Assembly: GCF_009914755.1 (NCBI RefSeq)
Contig: NC_060925.1
DNA: 64,000 bases
From: the human T2T-CHM13v2.0 reference genome, Homo sapiens
Direction: 5' to 3' (one strand)
The position numbers were made by a program, and so were the translations under genes. Of the stretch, positions 19,590-35,223 are shown one piece after another; the first letter of the stretch is position 1; the number at the start of each line of letters is the position of its first letter. The notes under the pieces were generated by a model that worked only from the letters and a program-made list of their open reading frames with translations, made no database searches and had not been told where the DNA came from.

Positions 19590-19737
19590 TAAAAGAGATG
19601 GGGTCTTGCTATGTTTCCCAGGCTGGAGGGCACTGGCTAGTCAAAGGCACAACCACAGCAAAGTGCAGCCTCGAACTCCAGAACTCGAGTGATCCTCTCA
19701 AGAAGCTGGGATTACAGGTGTGCCACTGCATCCTGCT
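19590..19737 (-). mobile_element. FAM (fossil Alu monomer) inside Tigger2
   Basis: Retains the 7SL-derived segment (cactggctagtcaaaggcacaacc, consensus ...ggctattcacaggcgcgatc) that FLAM/Alu arms lack. Confidence 0.7.
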
Positions 19738-20609
19738 CTGGAAATATTTTTAGAGGAATGAAAAAGCAAAAATGTCAGACAGAAATTATGATGTATTTCT
19801 GTAAAGTTACACCAAGTGTGCCTGCTTCCCCTTCCACCTCTTCTGCCTCTGCTACCTCTAAGATAGCAAGACCAATCCCTACTCTTCCTCCTCCTCCTCA
19901 GCCTACCCATCATGAAGACAATGAGGATGAAGGCCTTGATGACGATCCACTTCTACTTAGCGATAGTAAATATATTTTCTGTGCCTTATGATTTTCTTAA
20001 GAACATTTTCTTTCCTCTATATCACTTTAAGAATATGGTATATAATACATTTAACATACGAAATACATGCTAATTAACTGTTTATGTTACTGGTAAGGCT
20101 TTCAGTCAACAGTAAGCTATTATATTAGCAGTTAAGTTTTTAGGGAGTCAAAAGTTATACGTGGATTTTTCAAGTGCATGCTAGGGAGGAGGGATGTCAC
20201 CCCTTACTGCCATGTTGTTTAAGGGTCAACTGTTTACAAAAGTTTTGGCTCTTAATCAGGTGGCTTATTTCACATATCAAGCAGCTATATTATATGTCTA
20301 CAGTCAAATCCAAATTATCACCATATTCTTGATCTGTGAGCATATACAGTATGGTAGCTAGAAGAAAATCATGAGTCTCCCTTTAGAAAGCTGAACTTGC
20401 ACTGCAATTAAGTAAAAACAAATCCTTAACTTCAACAAAAATATATTTTCTTTTAAAACATCTCCTTTGAAACATAATGCTCTCTGACAAATGGCCACCT
20501 TTCTATATAACAAAGTCACATGAAAAAGTCATCACTGAAAAGATGTGTCCCTGGAAAAATGAATGAAAGATTGGGAGGAGGGAGAGTCATATTTCTTACT
20601 CTACTGTCT

Positions 20610-21055
20610 TTATTCATTAATCTAATAAGTATATATTGAGTGTCTATGATGTGCCAAGTACTGTTCTAAATACTTGTAGACAGCAATGAGCAAGACAGAC
20701 AAAGTTCCTACCCTCATAGTGTTTATACTCTATAGAGAATAAATAAGCAAAAAACATTTTAAATACAAAGTCAATGATAAATGACATGAGGAAAAATAAA
20801 GAGATAAAGTGGGAGAGGCTGCTATTTAGAATAATCATAGATGACTTCCTTGGTGAGGTGATATTTGAGTAGAGGTCTGAGTAAAATGAAGAACCAGGCT
20901 TTGTGATAGAGCACTGCCAGCAGAGGGAAGAGCAAAGGGCCTGAAATGCAAATGCACTTTTCGTGTGTAAGGAACAGCAGAGGCTCTGTGCTATGTGGCT
21001 GTCAAAAGTGAGTGACAGAGAACAGTGAGAAATAAGATCAGAGCAATAGCCTTGA
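20610..21055 (-). mobile_element. L2a fragment
   Basis: attcattaatctaataagtatatattgagtgtctatgatgtgccaagtactgttctaaa... Boundaries approximate. Confidence 0.7.
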
Positions 21056-21771
21056 ATTGTTTTTTAAAAATAAAAATACATAAAAATTTATTTGTGAATA
21101 CATTTTGAATTGTATTCTGAAAACAAATAGCACCAGGAAAATATTCACAAAACGTATTTTAGAGTAACATTTACCAGCAGTTATATTCAAAATCATTAAG
21201 AGACACTGACAACCATTGTGTTTCTCTCAAGAGGAACTTTGGTTTATGAACGGTGGCTATTGATTCTTGATTGAGATTTTTCCAATATTTGTGTTACAAG
21301 TCTTTCAAATCCCATATGTAATCATCAAAGTTGCCAATATCTCATGTATTACAGGTTCACAGCTACTTTGTTTTCATTCACATGATCTTCAATTACAAAA
21401 AGATTCTAAAAAATTAATTTAAATCTGTTTTCCTTCCTCCAGTCTTTTAGTGAAATGTTAAGTCTACTAAAAATAAAAAAGAAATATTCATTTATTTAAA
21501 GAAGTTTCTCAAGTTACAGTATGAAAATTCTCCAAAATGATCTTTTGAGTTTACATTCCATGTATTATTTTGGTTTTAAAATGAGGATATTTACATTTAA
21601 AATGAAATTTAAATTTAAATTTAAAAACAGGATAAAAGCTTTTAAGTTTTATGTAAAAGAATTTTAACCACGGGAGAAAATACTTTTCCTTCATTATCTA
21701 TAAACTTTAAGTAGAAGAAATGGCAAGAGTTTGCTTGGTAAAAACATCTTTATAGTAAAAAACCCATTTCA

Positions 21772-21912
<141 letters not shown>

Positions 21913-22466
21913 TTAAATGAAAAGAAAACAATTTTATTTTAAATATGCTTGCTATAAAAATAATTACTTAGCATGTTTTAAGAACTTGGTACAAGCCAAA
22001 TTTGTCCCATATCATCAAACATTAAGGGATTTAATTATACAAGTAATAATAATAATAGGCCTTCATAATCCCTCTAAAGAGAAGTTTCCCTAATGAAATT
22101 TTATTAAGGAGGATATCACCAAAACATTATTATTACTAACCATGCAATATTAAAATCTAGAGGCAAAAAGTTGGTCTTAGAAAAAAGCCATGAAGTAAAT
22201 CCATTTTAAAACTGAGATAATCATTTCAATGTAAATAGTGAAAGAAATAATTGATTGAGACAGGAATGATAGAAACAAAAAGTATGATCATAAATTTATT
22301 TTCTTACAGTTAGAGCAAAACTCATGTCACAAACTGCAAGAGACAAAAATAATGAATCAAATGTTGGCTTTTCTCTTCTGGCTGAAAGCATAATTTTTCT
22401 GACAGAACTGTGTTATACCATGACTTCCTTCATCTTAGGTTTATCTTTGCAATTCAACCATAGTAA

Positions 22467-22682
<216 letters not shown>

Positions 22683-22877
22683 TAATTTTGAAAAATACTC
22701 AAGGGTTTTAATTTATTCTCCAATAGTCTCTTTTACTCATTTTATATAAAATCATTATCTGCTGAAGAGTCTATGAACCTATTATATTTATACTGCATTG
22801 TTGGGTATACACCTAATAATCAGGACCAACACCCAAGTGTTTATACGTGTTAGTCAATAAATCAATTAATTACATTA

Positions 22878-23286
<409 letters not shown>

Positions 23287-23338
23287 CCCACAAATGACCA
23301 GAAATATCAATTATATCTTAAATATCACCATTATTTTA

Positions 23339-23515
<177 letters not shown>

Positions 23516-23995
23516 TCATACAAAAAAAAAAAAAAATCAACAGTCAGTAATTTGTCCAAAATAAATAATGTATTTGTATATTTGAATAATTTTAAAATTT
23601 TAAGATTCATGTTTAATTTTTCCTCTAGTCCAAAATATTTTTCTTTATCCCCAATCTCTAAATAACTAAATCTTACTTCCATATAAGAGAGCTGCCACTG
23701 TTTCTGAAATTTCTCATCCCAATTTTCTTAATGGGCTGAGTAATCCTACTATTTAAAAGTTCATTAATAATCACCACCTTGATCCTGAGATCTCCATTAG
23801 ATTGGAAGCTGCATAAAAGAGGACACTAAGGTAGGGAGTTCTCTATTTATGAGCCAATTCTGATAAACATTACATAAAACATTTTTCCTTCATAGGAGAA
23901 TGCTTTCATATTAAAACTAATGTTTATCATCCTTTTGTAAAAAAATGGGAAAAAAGGCATCTTTAGACAACTTAATATCAAAATATCACATTGGA

Positions 23996-24263
23996 GGCCA
24001 GGTGTAGTGGCTCACACCTGTAATCCCAGCACTTTGGGAGGCTGTGGCGTCAGGATCACTTGGAGTCAGGAGTTTGAGACCAGTCTGCACAACATAGCCA
24101 GACTCATCTCTACAAAAAATTTAAAAAAGTCCTAGCTACTTGGGAGGCCGAGATGAGAGGATCACTTGAGTCCAGGAGTTCAAGGCTGCAGTGAGCTATG
24201 ATCCTGCCACTGCACTCTGGCCTAGGTGACAGAGTGAGACCGAAAAAAAAAAAAAAAAAAAAA
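23996..24263 (+). mobile_element. AluJ with deletion at the start of the right arm
   Basis: AluJ diagnostics ggagttcaaggctgcagtgagctatgat. Confidence 0.85.
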
Positions 24264-25303
24264 GATCAAGTTTTGCTCTATAGACTGTCTTATATCAACC
24301 ATCTCACTGTTGAAGAAATAAAAAAAGTTACCTAAATCCTAAATATGGACTAGAATTGACCACTAAAACAAACAAAAAAACCCAGTAAAATCAGGAAACG
24401 CCCACAAACTGCATTTGCCTCAGTTTAGAAGCGCTTCCAGACTCTTAAGAATACATCAAATATCTTGTTTGACCAAACCAATGACACTTTCTTCTCAATA
24501 TTCATTGAGAATAATCCCAAGAGGGCACTTTTATAGAAAAGCACGGCTGCTATTCATAACAAAAAGGGATAAAACCTTAGCATCCCAACCTTCCATATTC
24601 AGTGAGTATCTCTCAGAATTACATTCAACAAAAATGCAACCAAACCATATTGCTCCAACTATCTTTAAAGCGAGGTCTGTCCCACCAATCAGGTTTTCTT
24701 CCTTAGATGTTAATAGGTCAAATATCCTTCTATCTCAAATAAGCCTCAAAAACATTAACAGGTATAGACTTGAACACAGGAATATTAAGTAGAACAAGGC
24801 TTTTGATAATAAACAAGAAAGATAGCTAATGTTAGCCATCTGAGAACTTGATGACTTCAGTGAAAAAAAATAAGACACTAGGCATCTTATTACCAATCCC
24901 ACCAAATCACCACCGAATTATGAGAAAGTTGAGTTTACCAACAATGTCAGATGGCATAGTCATTTTAATTCCACTAATGCTGAGAACAAAAATAAAGACC
25001 TAGCAATAAAATGAGATAATTTTTAGAAATTACTATCTTCCTTATCAATATATTTCTTGGTATTCAGTGTTTTAGTTCACTTCTGTCCTAAAAATCATGT
25101 AATGTGAAGACTTTTGTTGAAAATTAAATATCTAAGAGAGTTATTCATTCAATAAGTAGGTTTAATTGCCCACCTTTGGCTAAACATTGCATTACTTTTG
25201 TGGTGGTTTTAAAGATGAAGATTAAAAAAAAACTTCCCTCAAAAACTAGGCAACAGCAGGAATATAAGTAAGACACATATATATCAATAGCTATGCTATA
25301 AAA

Positions 25304-25643
25304 CAGGGGTTGGCAAACTATGGCCTATGAGCTAAAAATAGTTCACTGCCTGGTTTTGTATAGCCTGCAAACTAAGAATGGTTTTTACATTTTTAAATGA
25401 TTGGGGGTAAAAAAGAATAATATTTCACAACATGTGAAAATAATATGAAATTAAAATTTCAATGTCCATGAATAAAGCTTTATTGGAACACAGCTACACC
25501 CATTTACTTGTAACATTACTTACTGCCTATGGCTGTTTTTGCACTATAATGGCATAGATGAATGGCTGCAAGAGAGACCATATAACCACAGGCCTAAAAT
25601 ATATACCATCCAGTCCTTTGTAGAAAATTTTTGCCGACCCCTG
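25304..25643 (+). mobile_element. MER58B hAT-Charlie MITE
   Basis: TIRs CAGGGGTTGGCAAA / TTTGCCGACCCCTG, 340 bp. Confidence 0.85.
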
Positions 25644-26814
25644 GTATACAGCATATAGGGTTATGTGCTTCAAAAACAGAGCTGAACAGATTACTTCAAG
25701 TTTGAGATCAGGGAATTGTAACTTAGGAGGTAATATTTGATATGGACCTTGAAGAATGAGTAGGAGTTCAATAAGTAAAGGGATTTGGTATTATAATAGA
25801 AAAAAAACCAAGAATGGCCCAGAAACAGGACAGCACAGGTTATGTTTAGTAATAAAGCAGAAAAGAAATCAGCAAGACTTAACAGATGATTGAATATTAG
25901 AGAAGAGGAAAGACAAAGATGTCTTAAATTTTGCGCCAGAGTAACTGGAAAATGGTGGTATCATTAATAAAAATGGAGAGTAAGAAAGACATAGGGTCAG
26001 GACAAGAGTCAAGGATAGATATATGAACACAGAGAAGACAGCAGGGCATCCAAATGAGTATGTCCAGTAGGCCACTAAAAATATATATCTGTACTTCAGA
26101 AGGAAGGTATTACTAAAAATAGAGTTGGAAACAATCCACATAAATATTAAAGCAGTAGCATTTTCACTGAATGTAACTCTGAGAGATACATGTACGATTA
26201 TTTAAGAAAACAATATATTAAGAATGAGGGTTAAGGGCAAAACGTTAGTGTTTTGTGTGGAATGCCTTACACTTACGGGAAAAAGAATACTACAGAAAAA
26301 AAAAAGAAGTGTTCAAAGAGGTAGAAGGAAGCTCAAGACAAGGCCACAATATAAAGACAAGAAAGAAGAAAGTTTTAAGAAGGGCAAGGAAAATACATAC
26401 TATACAACAGCACCAAGAAAGGACTGTTGTGTTTTTAAGTATGGAAACAGAAGCTTCTTTTTGAGAATAAGAGACAGAGCCAATGAAGCAGGAGACTAAT
26501 GCTGCAAGAAACCGGATAAATGATTGACTTATATTCTGGAAGAGGTTAAAAGGATCATTTGAAAGCAGAGGTGAAAAGATTCACATTTAACAGGGAGTAG
26601 GCCATCACTCCCCTTGAAACAGAAGGAAAGGCAAATCAGTATAGAGAATTTGAGATGAAGAGTAGAGAAGTTGATGGACCACGTCAAGTTGGATAGTCTT
26701 GATAAATAGGAATGCTGAGAGTAAAGCACATAGAAAAGAAGCAGGAGCTAGAAGAAACTCCTGTAGCTACTGCTAAATGAAGGCAAAGTGTTAAAACAAT
26801 AAGATTATAAAAGA

Positions 26815-27304
<490 letters not shown>

Positions 27305-27726
27305 TTAGCAATTTCCCAAGGAAGAAAAATGACAAGTCACTAAATCAAAGAATTAATGGATACTGGTAACATCACCAATTTAACTGACTAATGTGTTCAA
27401 GCTTAGTAAAGGGTAAAGTTACTACAAAGTGTCAGGTGGAAATAACTGGGAAAGACCAAAGGACCAGCGGCCACAATGATAATCAATAACAATATAATAA
27501 AAATGAAAGGATCAGAGAATTCGATAGAAAAGATGTTTGGTGTACAAAGTCATATTTGGGATGTCAATAGAGAATGGCTGTGCATCCACAGGTTGAAAAT
27601 TATAACTCTGATGTCAGCCTTGAATTTGGCACATTTAGTGCAGCAAAGCATTTGGTAAACACACTAATGTGAGTGCTAACAATGCCACTGAGAAGTGAGT
27701 AACTTTGAAAGAAATATTTGAATTCA

Positions 27727-28005
<279 letters not shown>

Positions 28006-30375
28006 TTAAATATTTCAAAAGTTTCTATCAATTTTATTTATATCTACTGGGAAATTAGATACATTTCTTTCCTTTTTCTTAAAGAAGGTGAAGAATTCAC
28101 TTTTAAATCAGATGTAGCATATTATTTGGAACTTATGTAAGAAATATAAATAGTGGCATAAACCTACTATACAAATTGTTGGCTTCAACACTAAAACAGC
28201 AGAGTCATTCTGAAAGTCAAATATAAATTATATATGATATCAGAAATCCTATTTTAGGTCAAGCTATGTATCCTTTGCTTCTAATATTTCCTTCAAGCTA
28301 CTCTACAATAGAGGAGGAGCTCCATTCTTATATTTTTGCATATATATATATTTTTAATCCACCACATTAAAAAGAATACAATATTACTTTTGGAATAAGT
28401 TTATAGATAAAGTAATTCAGCCTTGTATATCTGTCTCTTGACTTCTGGAGTAATAACAGGAATACTGTCGTTAATCAGAGCAGCTGATTAGATAAATGGC
28501 TCAATGTCAAGGTTATAGCTATAATTCCTATGTGAGACAGACTTGCAGTGTTATCTAGCCAGAGATTAAACTTTTAAAGTCTGTATAGCCATCTTTACAT
28601 ATGCATGAATAGATATGTGAACATGTCAGACAATTCCATCAACACAACTGGTAAAACAACTCAAAGTTTATTATTTATATAAAGAGATTAATTGGCATCA
28701 TCCTTAATTAGAAGGGCATATTAGCAGGTATTTCTGTTTCTTTTTGCAACATTTCAAGCAGGCTCTTTTATTTTAAGGGTATGTACAAGTGTAATAATTA
28801 TGACTTTCCTAAGATATATATTATTTCATCAATTTACAAATACCTTAGTATGTTTTCATAAATTGTTCCTGTGCCAGAATTATGAAGTTTACAATTTTAT
28901 CATGTCAATATTACATTATCAAAAAGTTATCTTAGGACCCATTTAAACAGCCCTTTTTTTAAAAAAGGCAAACACAGTATGTCTATGTTTATATACTCTT
29001 TCAAATCAGCCATTTCATACATAAAAACATTGTATTTTCATATGACTAATAACACACAAGTAAAAGAAATGCAATACCTTTTTTCCCTCTGAGAAGCTAT
29101 CACTTTTCACAAAATAACTTGTTTATTTTCATAATATGACATAAAGCAGACAGTGTTCCTTTTTTGACCATTTGACATGTACTTTTAATCATTTAGCAAT
29201 ATGGATTGAGCATTAATTATTTATCCAAAAATGTGACAGGAGTCAAGATATAGACATGAGTAAGACATCGTCCCTGCCCTCAAGGAGCTCACAATCTAAT
29301 GGGTGAAATTAAGAAATATAGAATCATCAAGTGATAAAGTCCCATGAAAGAAGTGAGAAGATGCTATGGTAGCACCAAAGAGGGAGAGGTCTAACTGTCG
29401 GTATAGGATGGGTGCAGCTGGGGCTCTGTAGAGGAGGCCACATATATGATAAGACAAGGAAGAGTTTGTTAGGTAAACAATAAAAAATAGATTATTCTAC
29501 ATATATTACATTTGTCGTATGCTCAAATTCATATGGCAACTCACACATAGGCTGACCAAGTATCTATTTTCACAATCTAGTATCTTTTCATCAACTATCA
29601 TAGTACATTCATTCCTTCAGCAGAAATGAACTAGTATAAAACATGAAATGTGAATTCCAAATCTCAAAAATAAATTCTACAATTATTCAACAAATATTTA
29701 TTCAGTATGTATTATATGCAATAATCTGAAAAAAATGCCATACGAGAATACAAAGATGAATAATTTGTGCTCACTGTTGTCAAGGATATCTACAAATGTT
29801 GATGTAACTGAGGCAATAGGGTAGATGAAAATGTATCTTTCCCAGTATGTGGAAAATCAGAAGAACTTCATTAAAAGATGGACATGGAAGGATAAAATAA
29901 GACTATTAACAATGCACCTATTCTTAGGTCATTTTCATCCCACTAGGGTTCTCAGAGGTTGAGAATCTATAGCAATAGCATATTTCTATTCCATATGTTA
30001 CTGACTTCAGCTGAGCCAAAAATTCACTCTCATGAAACTTGCATTTATTAGTGTCCCACAAATCCTGAATGACAATTTGGACAGTCAAGAATCTCTAGTC
30101 TGGTCTCAATCTACTATTTCTGATTTTTCTTCCAGTGCTCTGGTTCCCTGGCAACTCACCACTGTCATTACTGTTCACAGGCATTCCCCAACTTGAAATG
30201 CTTTCCTTTCCCTGCTCTCCAAACACACTGCTATTAACATTTTAATGACCTTTGGTTTCAGCACAAAAGTACCTTTTCCATGAGATGCCTGTTACCTCAG
30301 TAAGGCATTATCTCCCACCTCTGAATACCTACCTATTCCTTTGAATCCCTATACCAATCTTCTAATAATTAGCAC

Positions 30376-30548
30376 ATAGCTTGATTCTCAACATTGTCTG
30401 CAAAATGTAATCCCTGGTGAGACTTAAAAATACTGAAACCTGGTCCAATCCCCATACATTATGATTTAAGTGAGATTCAGCCTGAGCACTGGTAGTTTGA
30501 AAAGCTTCCCAGGTGAATCTAATGTGCAGCCAAGATTGAGAACTAATG
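30376..30548. mobile_element. MER5-family MITE
   Basis: gattctcaac...aaaagcttcccaggtgaatctaatgtgcagccaagattgagaactaatg. Confidence 0.7.
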
Positions 30549-31029
30549 CCAGAGTTTGTCAACCAAGGTAGGAAAAGCCATACATATTAAAATCACCCAC
30601 GGAGCATTTTCAAACTATAACACAGCCTCATATACCACACATCACTTCCCACCTCCTTAGCTGGCCTTACATTCTAAAGGGAGTTGAGGAGAATAAGAAT
30701 CACAGACGCCAAAAGTACAGAAAAGATATCTCTACTTTGATAGAGTTCTCTAGGTGATCTAACCCTCTTTTGAAAATCACTATTTTAGATTTATATGTAT
30801 TCATTTTATATCCTCTGGATTACAAGTCTTATTCATCTTTGTATTTCTAGGAGTGCCTAACATATACCAAGTCTTCAAAAATAAGTTAGTCTTCAAGTAA
30901 TGTCATTACTATCTATACAGAAAGTAATGCAGTTAGAAATTTGGTTTAAAAGATCACATTAATTTCCAGGTTGCAGTTGCCAACCAAAGAGAAAGAAAAA
31001 AGTCTATTTGAACTTAATACAAAAAATTA

Positions 31030-31209
<180 letters not shown>

Positions 31210-32964
31210 CTAAGAAACACTGTATCACTCACAAAATACCACAAAATAAGTGACCAAATACTGAATTACTGATATTGGCTAGCAATTATGCTAAGTATTT
31301 TCACATGTGACGTTTTATTTACTCCTGAGAGCAATCATTCAAATACACAGCAATAAAACATGTCCCAATTTTGCAGATAAATTGAGATTCAGAAAAGTTA
31401 ACTGATTTTTGCATATAACCAAGTGAGTGACAAAGCTGAAATCAGAGTAAAGGTCAGTCAGACTTCAAAACTCATTATCTTCACTCTACAAGAGGCTTCT
31501 GGAATAAATGAATATGGACTGACACATTATTAAGTTAAAAAAATAGTTCTAATATTATCTTAGTTCCTCCAAGCACATATAAATAGGATGACATTTATAA
31601 ATGTGGCTTTTGTATAAATGTGATTAAGAATTTAAGAGGTATAATATTCCACATTATTTTTCAAAAACACATTACAATATGATGGATATAATAGAGTTAG
31701 GTAGTTACTACAAAACAATAACATCCTAATTTGCATTTATTTGAATTCTTGTCCAGCTCATCATCTCTATCATAGACAAACTTTAATAGTCCTTGCTGCC
31801 AACACACAGAAGAGAAATAATTCAAGAAAAGACACCAAATAGCTAAAAAAAAAAAAAAAAAAAAAAAAGAATCAAGAGTTACTTTACCTGAAGACTAGCG
31901 TTTAGAGCCAATGAACAAGACGTTTAGTATAATAGAACCTTGCTAATCAACTGCTGGGGCAATGAAAACAGGTCTAAATTTTCTGAAGAGTGGTAGGGCA
32001 ATATAGAAATTTTAAATGAACATAACACTTTGACCCAACAAACACACCTCTAACCTAAGGAGAAAACTGTACACATGTGCAAATGATTGTGTTCAAAGTA
32101 ATTCATTACAACATTTTTGATAAGAGAATGATTACACAAAATTATAAAGAAACACAACGTTTATCAGTACTGAGTTGGTTAATTAAGATACCTTAATAAG
32201 AAGGAATATCATGTATCCCCAAACAATGTACAGCCATATTTATTGATGTGGAAAGAGATACCTAGCATGTTGAATGGGATATACAGTGAGGAAGAAGCAG
32301 GTTCCAGAGCAGGATGTATAGTAACATTACCCTATTTGTGGAAAACTCTGTGTGGGGGTGTGGGGGAAGGTAGAGAGACAGAGTGGATAAAATTATATTT
32401 CTAAAAACTAATAATGATGGCTGGGCTTGAGTGTGTTTTAGTTAATAGTAATGGTTTTCTTTTTTTATACTTTACAATTTTACAGTGAAAATATATGATC
32501 TTTACAATTAGAAAAAGCAATAAAGTAATTGCCATGCCAGAGGATGGGAATGTCTTTGACAATAAGCACACCAACTAGAAGTACTAAAAAAAGAAGAAGA
32601 ATCAGTTGTGCTCAAAATAGTCAAAACATATAAAAGGCAAATACAGAACTGTTATGACTGGTCAGCTTGCTAGTCTAAAAAACTTAAGATCAAAGATGAC
32701 TATGACTGACCAACCACTGAAATCATCCAGTAAAATTTATAAAGAAAACATTTGCTGATTGCTCCAACAAATGTCAGGCATTGTGTTGGGCACTAGAAAA
32801 ATAAATAGGAAGATTAAGAAGTCATTCCCTGGTCTTGAGGAACATAGTATAATGGGATAAAAATGCCTATACACAGACCACTTCAAAACAACACAGTGTT
32901 ACAAGACAGGCATGCAAAAGCCCTATAGGAGGAAAAAATAGGTACCTAGCTGTCTGTGGGGAAG

Positions 32965-34320
32965 TCTTTTCATTTATAAGATCCCCCATCTTTTCTAGCC
33001 TTGTGATTTATTTGTTGAAGAAAGTGAAGTTTCTCTGTAGATTTTCCAGAGCCTAGATTTTACTGATTGCACCCCTGTAGTGTCATTTGAGATGTTCTTC
33101 TGTGGTTTTTGTAAATTGAGAATTGAATCTAGCGCCTTAGTCATATTTAGGTTAGAATTTTTTTCAGGAAGATCACTTTATAAAGGATAATGTGTTATTT
33201 TTTCAGGAAATGTTTGGTTGCTTCCTTCTATGAAATTAGTAGACGATGATCAATGCCTAAATCCATTATTTTTTTAATTTTTAAAATTTATTTATTTTTT
33301 TAAGAGACAAGGTCTCACTCTGTCGCTCAGGCTGAAGTGCAGTGGTACGATCATACCTCACTGCAGCCTTGAACTCCTGGCCTAAAATGATCCTTCTGCC
33401 TCAGCCTCCTACGTAGCTGGGACTACAGGCACGTGCCATCACACTGGGCTAATTTTTCTATTTTTTTGTAGAGATGGAGTCTTACTATGTTGCCCAGGCT
33501 GGTCTTATATTCCTGGGCTCAAGTGATTCTCCCATCTTGGCCTCCCAAAATGCTGGGATAACAGGCACAAGCCACAGTCCCCAGCCCACCTAAATCCATT
33601 AATTAATTAAGGTTGCCAAACGGTAATATCCTGTCATTTCTTTTTAATTTTGCATCTGGAGTACATTTATGAAGAGTGCTTTCCCTCATCTACTATTTGC
33701 TTTGCCAGTGAACCATCATATGAGAGGCAGGAATAAATGCTTGATTCTTTTCCATTACCTGCCAGTTTGCAAAATAATAAATTGGTGCACTACAATCCTC
33801 CAAAAACGATCAATTACATCTTATTTTTTAGCATCATTTATAAACTCACAGATGAAACATATTTGATGAGTCTCAGTATATTAGAGTTATTATTCTTATG
33901 GATGATTAACTTGTCCCATCTTTGGCAAATGAAAAAAACAATGCAAGCTGGTTTTTGATTCAATCATAGTGGTCTGTGACAATTTTCTGTTATGACAAGA
34001 CGTTCCAGACTCTTATTTTTTTTTCCCCCGACCTGGAGTCAGTCATTTTACCAAGAAGCTGTAGTTTTCTTAAGAAACATTTTTTTCAAACCACAACGTG
34101 AGCATTCATTGTGGATTGGTCACTGTTTCTAGACAATTTAAGTACAAAGAGTTGGGGAGAAATGCTTCCAACAAAAAAAAAAAAGTATCCAGACTTCATA
34201 CTGATATTTCCAACTCAAATTCAGGACTATAAGGTTTTTACTTAATCTTTTCTGTCTTGTATCTGTACATCATTTTTCCCAAGCTGAGAGTTATTCTCAA
34301 GGACACCAACTATGAAAGAA
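32965..34320 (-). mobile_element. Old L1MC/ME 3'-end fragment interrupted by AluJ
   Basis: Degenerate antisense L1M 3' sequence (atttgttgaagaaa...tttccagagcctagattttactgattgc). Boundaries approximate. Confidence 0.5.
33269..33586 (-). mobile_element. AluJ
   Basis: Full antisense dimer. TSD CCTAAATCCATTA at 33256-33268 / 33589-33601. Confidence 0.9.
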
Positions 34321-34340
34321 TTAAAAGTATATCATTTAAT

Positions 34341-34442
34341 GGCGTGAACCCGGTAGGCGGAGCTTGCAGTGAGCCGAGATCGCGCCACTGCACTCCAGCC
34401 TGGGTGACAGAGCAAGACTCCATCTAAAAAAAAAAAAAAAAA
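34341..34442 (+). mobile_element. Severely 5'-truncated AluY
   Basis: GGCGTGAACCCG...GAGCTTGCAGTGAGCCGAGATCGCG (AluY diagnostics). Perfect 18-bp TSD AAAAGTATATCATTTAAT at 34323-34340 / 34443-34460. Confidence 0.92.
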
Positions 34443-35223
34443 AAAAGTATATCATTTAATTACTCATCTGTGTTGTTCTAAGAATGGCATCTTAAGAAAT
34501 CCCAAGATTCTACGTTCAGACAGAGACAGACAAGTCTGCAAAGAAGACCGAAAGGGCACCCATACAGAAGACAGAAAACCACCAGAGTACAATGACATGG
34601 AAACCAAAGGAAGAAAATATAAGAAAAATGAAATAATTAAATATTTAGTGCTACTCAAGAGCCAAGTTAGGCAAGTACTGAAAAAATTCAACGGGATTTA
34701 GCAAAATGAAAGTCACTGATAATCTCAGGCTGCAAACAGATAAAAGTAGGGTCAGGAATAAAAAGGAGGTAAGAAATTCTTAAAAGTAGCTGTGAAGGGA
34801 AAAAAGATAATGCAATAATTGGAGACAGACTATGGGAATTTTGGAAGTCTTTTAAAATAAGAAAGGTTTGATCTTGATCACATCCTTGTGAAAATAATTT
34901 AGTTAAGACAGAGTCTGCATATACTAGAACAAGAATGTAAGATTCCTGAGGCGATGGTGGGAAAGAACAGAATCCAAAGCACATGGTAATATATTAACCT
35001 GAAGTATGTCTATAATTCCTCATTGCAATGTTTATTGAGTATCCAGTGTGATAGGTACTGAGAATAGAGATAAAAGATGAAGTCCTTAGCTTCATAGAAC
35101 TCGTGGTCTAGAGGGGAAATCAGACAAGCTAATAATGATAATAATGTAGTATGATAAATGCTGTGAACACAGAATCACACTGCAGCCAGACAAGGACCTG
35201 GGATTAAAGAATCTGCTCACAAA

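Larger units (their letters stand above)
18540..20232 (+). mobile_element. Tigger2 DNA transposon 3' half with degenerate DDE transposase
   Basis: ORF 18466..18762 contains ILDNATGHP...LPLNAMFLIQPLD (pogo/Tigger DDE_1 motifs). 3' TIR ...tgttgtttaagggtcaactg. Confidence 0.85.

Noticed and set aside
19590-19737. 7SL RNA gene or pseudogene
   Set aside because: Lacks the S domain; fits a diverged FAM monomer.
24515-24528. CTCF-like TCCCAAGAGGGCAC
   Set aside because: Only 11/14 match, with mismatches in the 5' core; unsupported without ChIP data.
24415-24792. 125-aa plus-strand ORF in unique sequence
   Set aside because: TTG start, no recognisable domain, no supporting splice or promoter structure. 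Consistent with chance.
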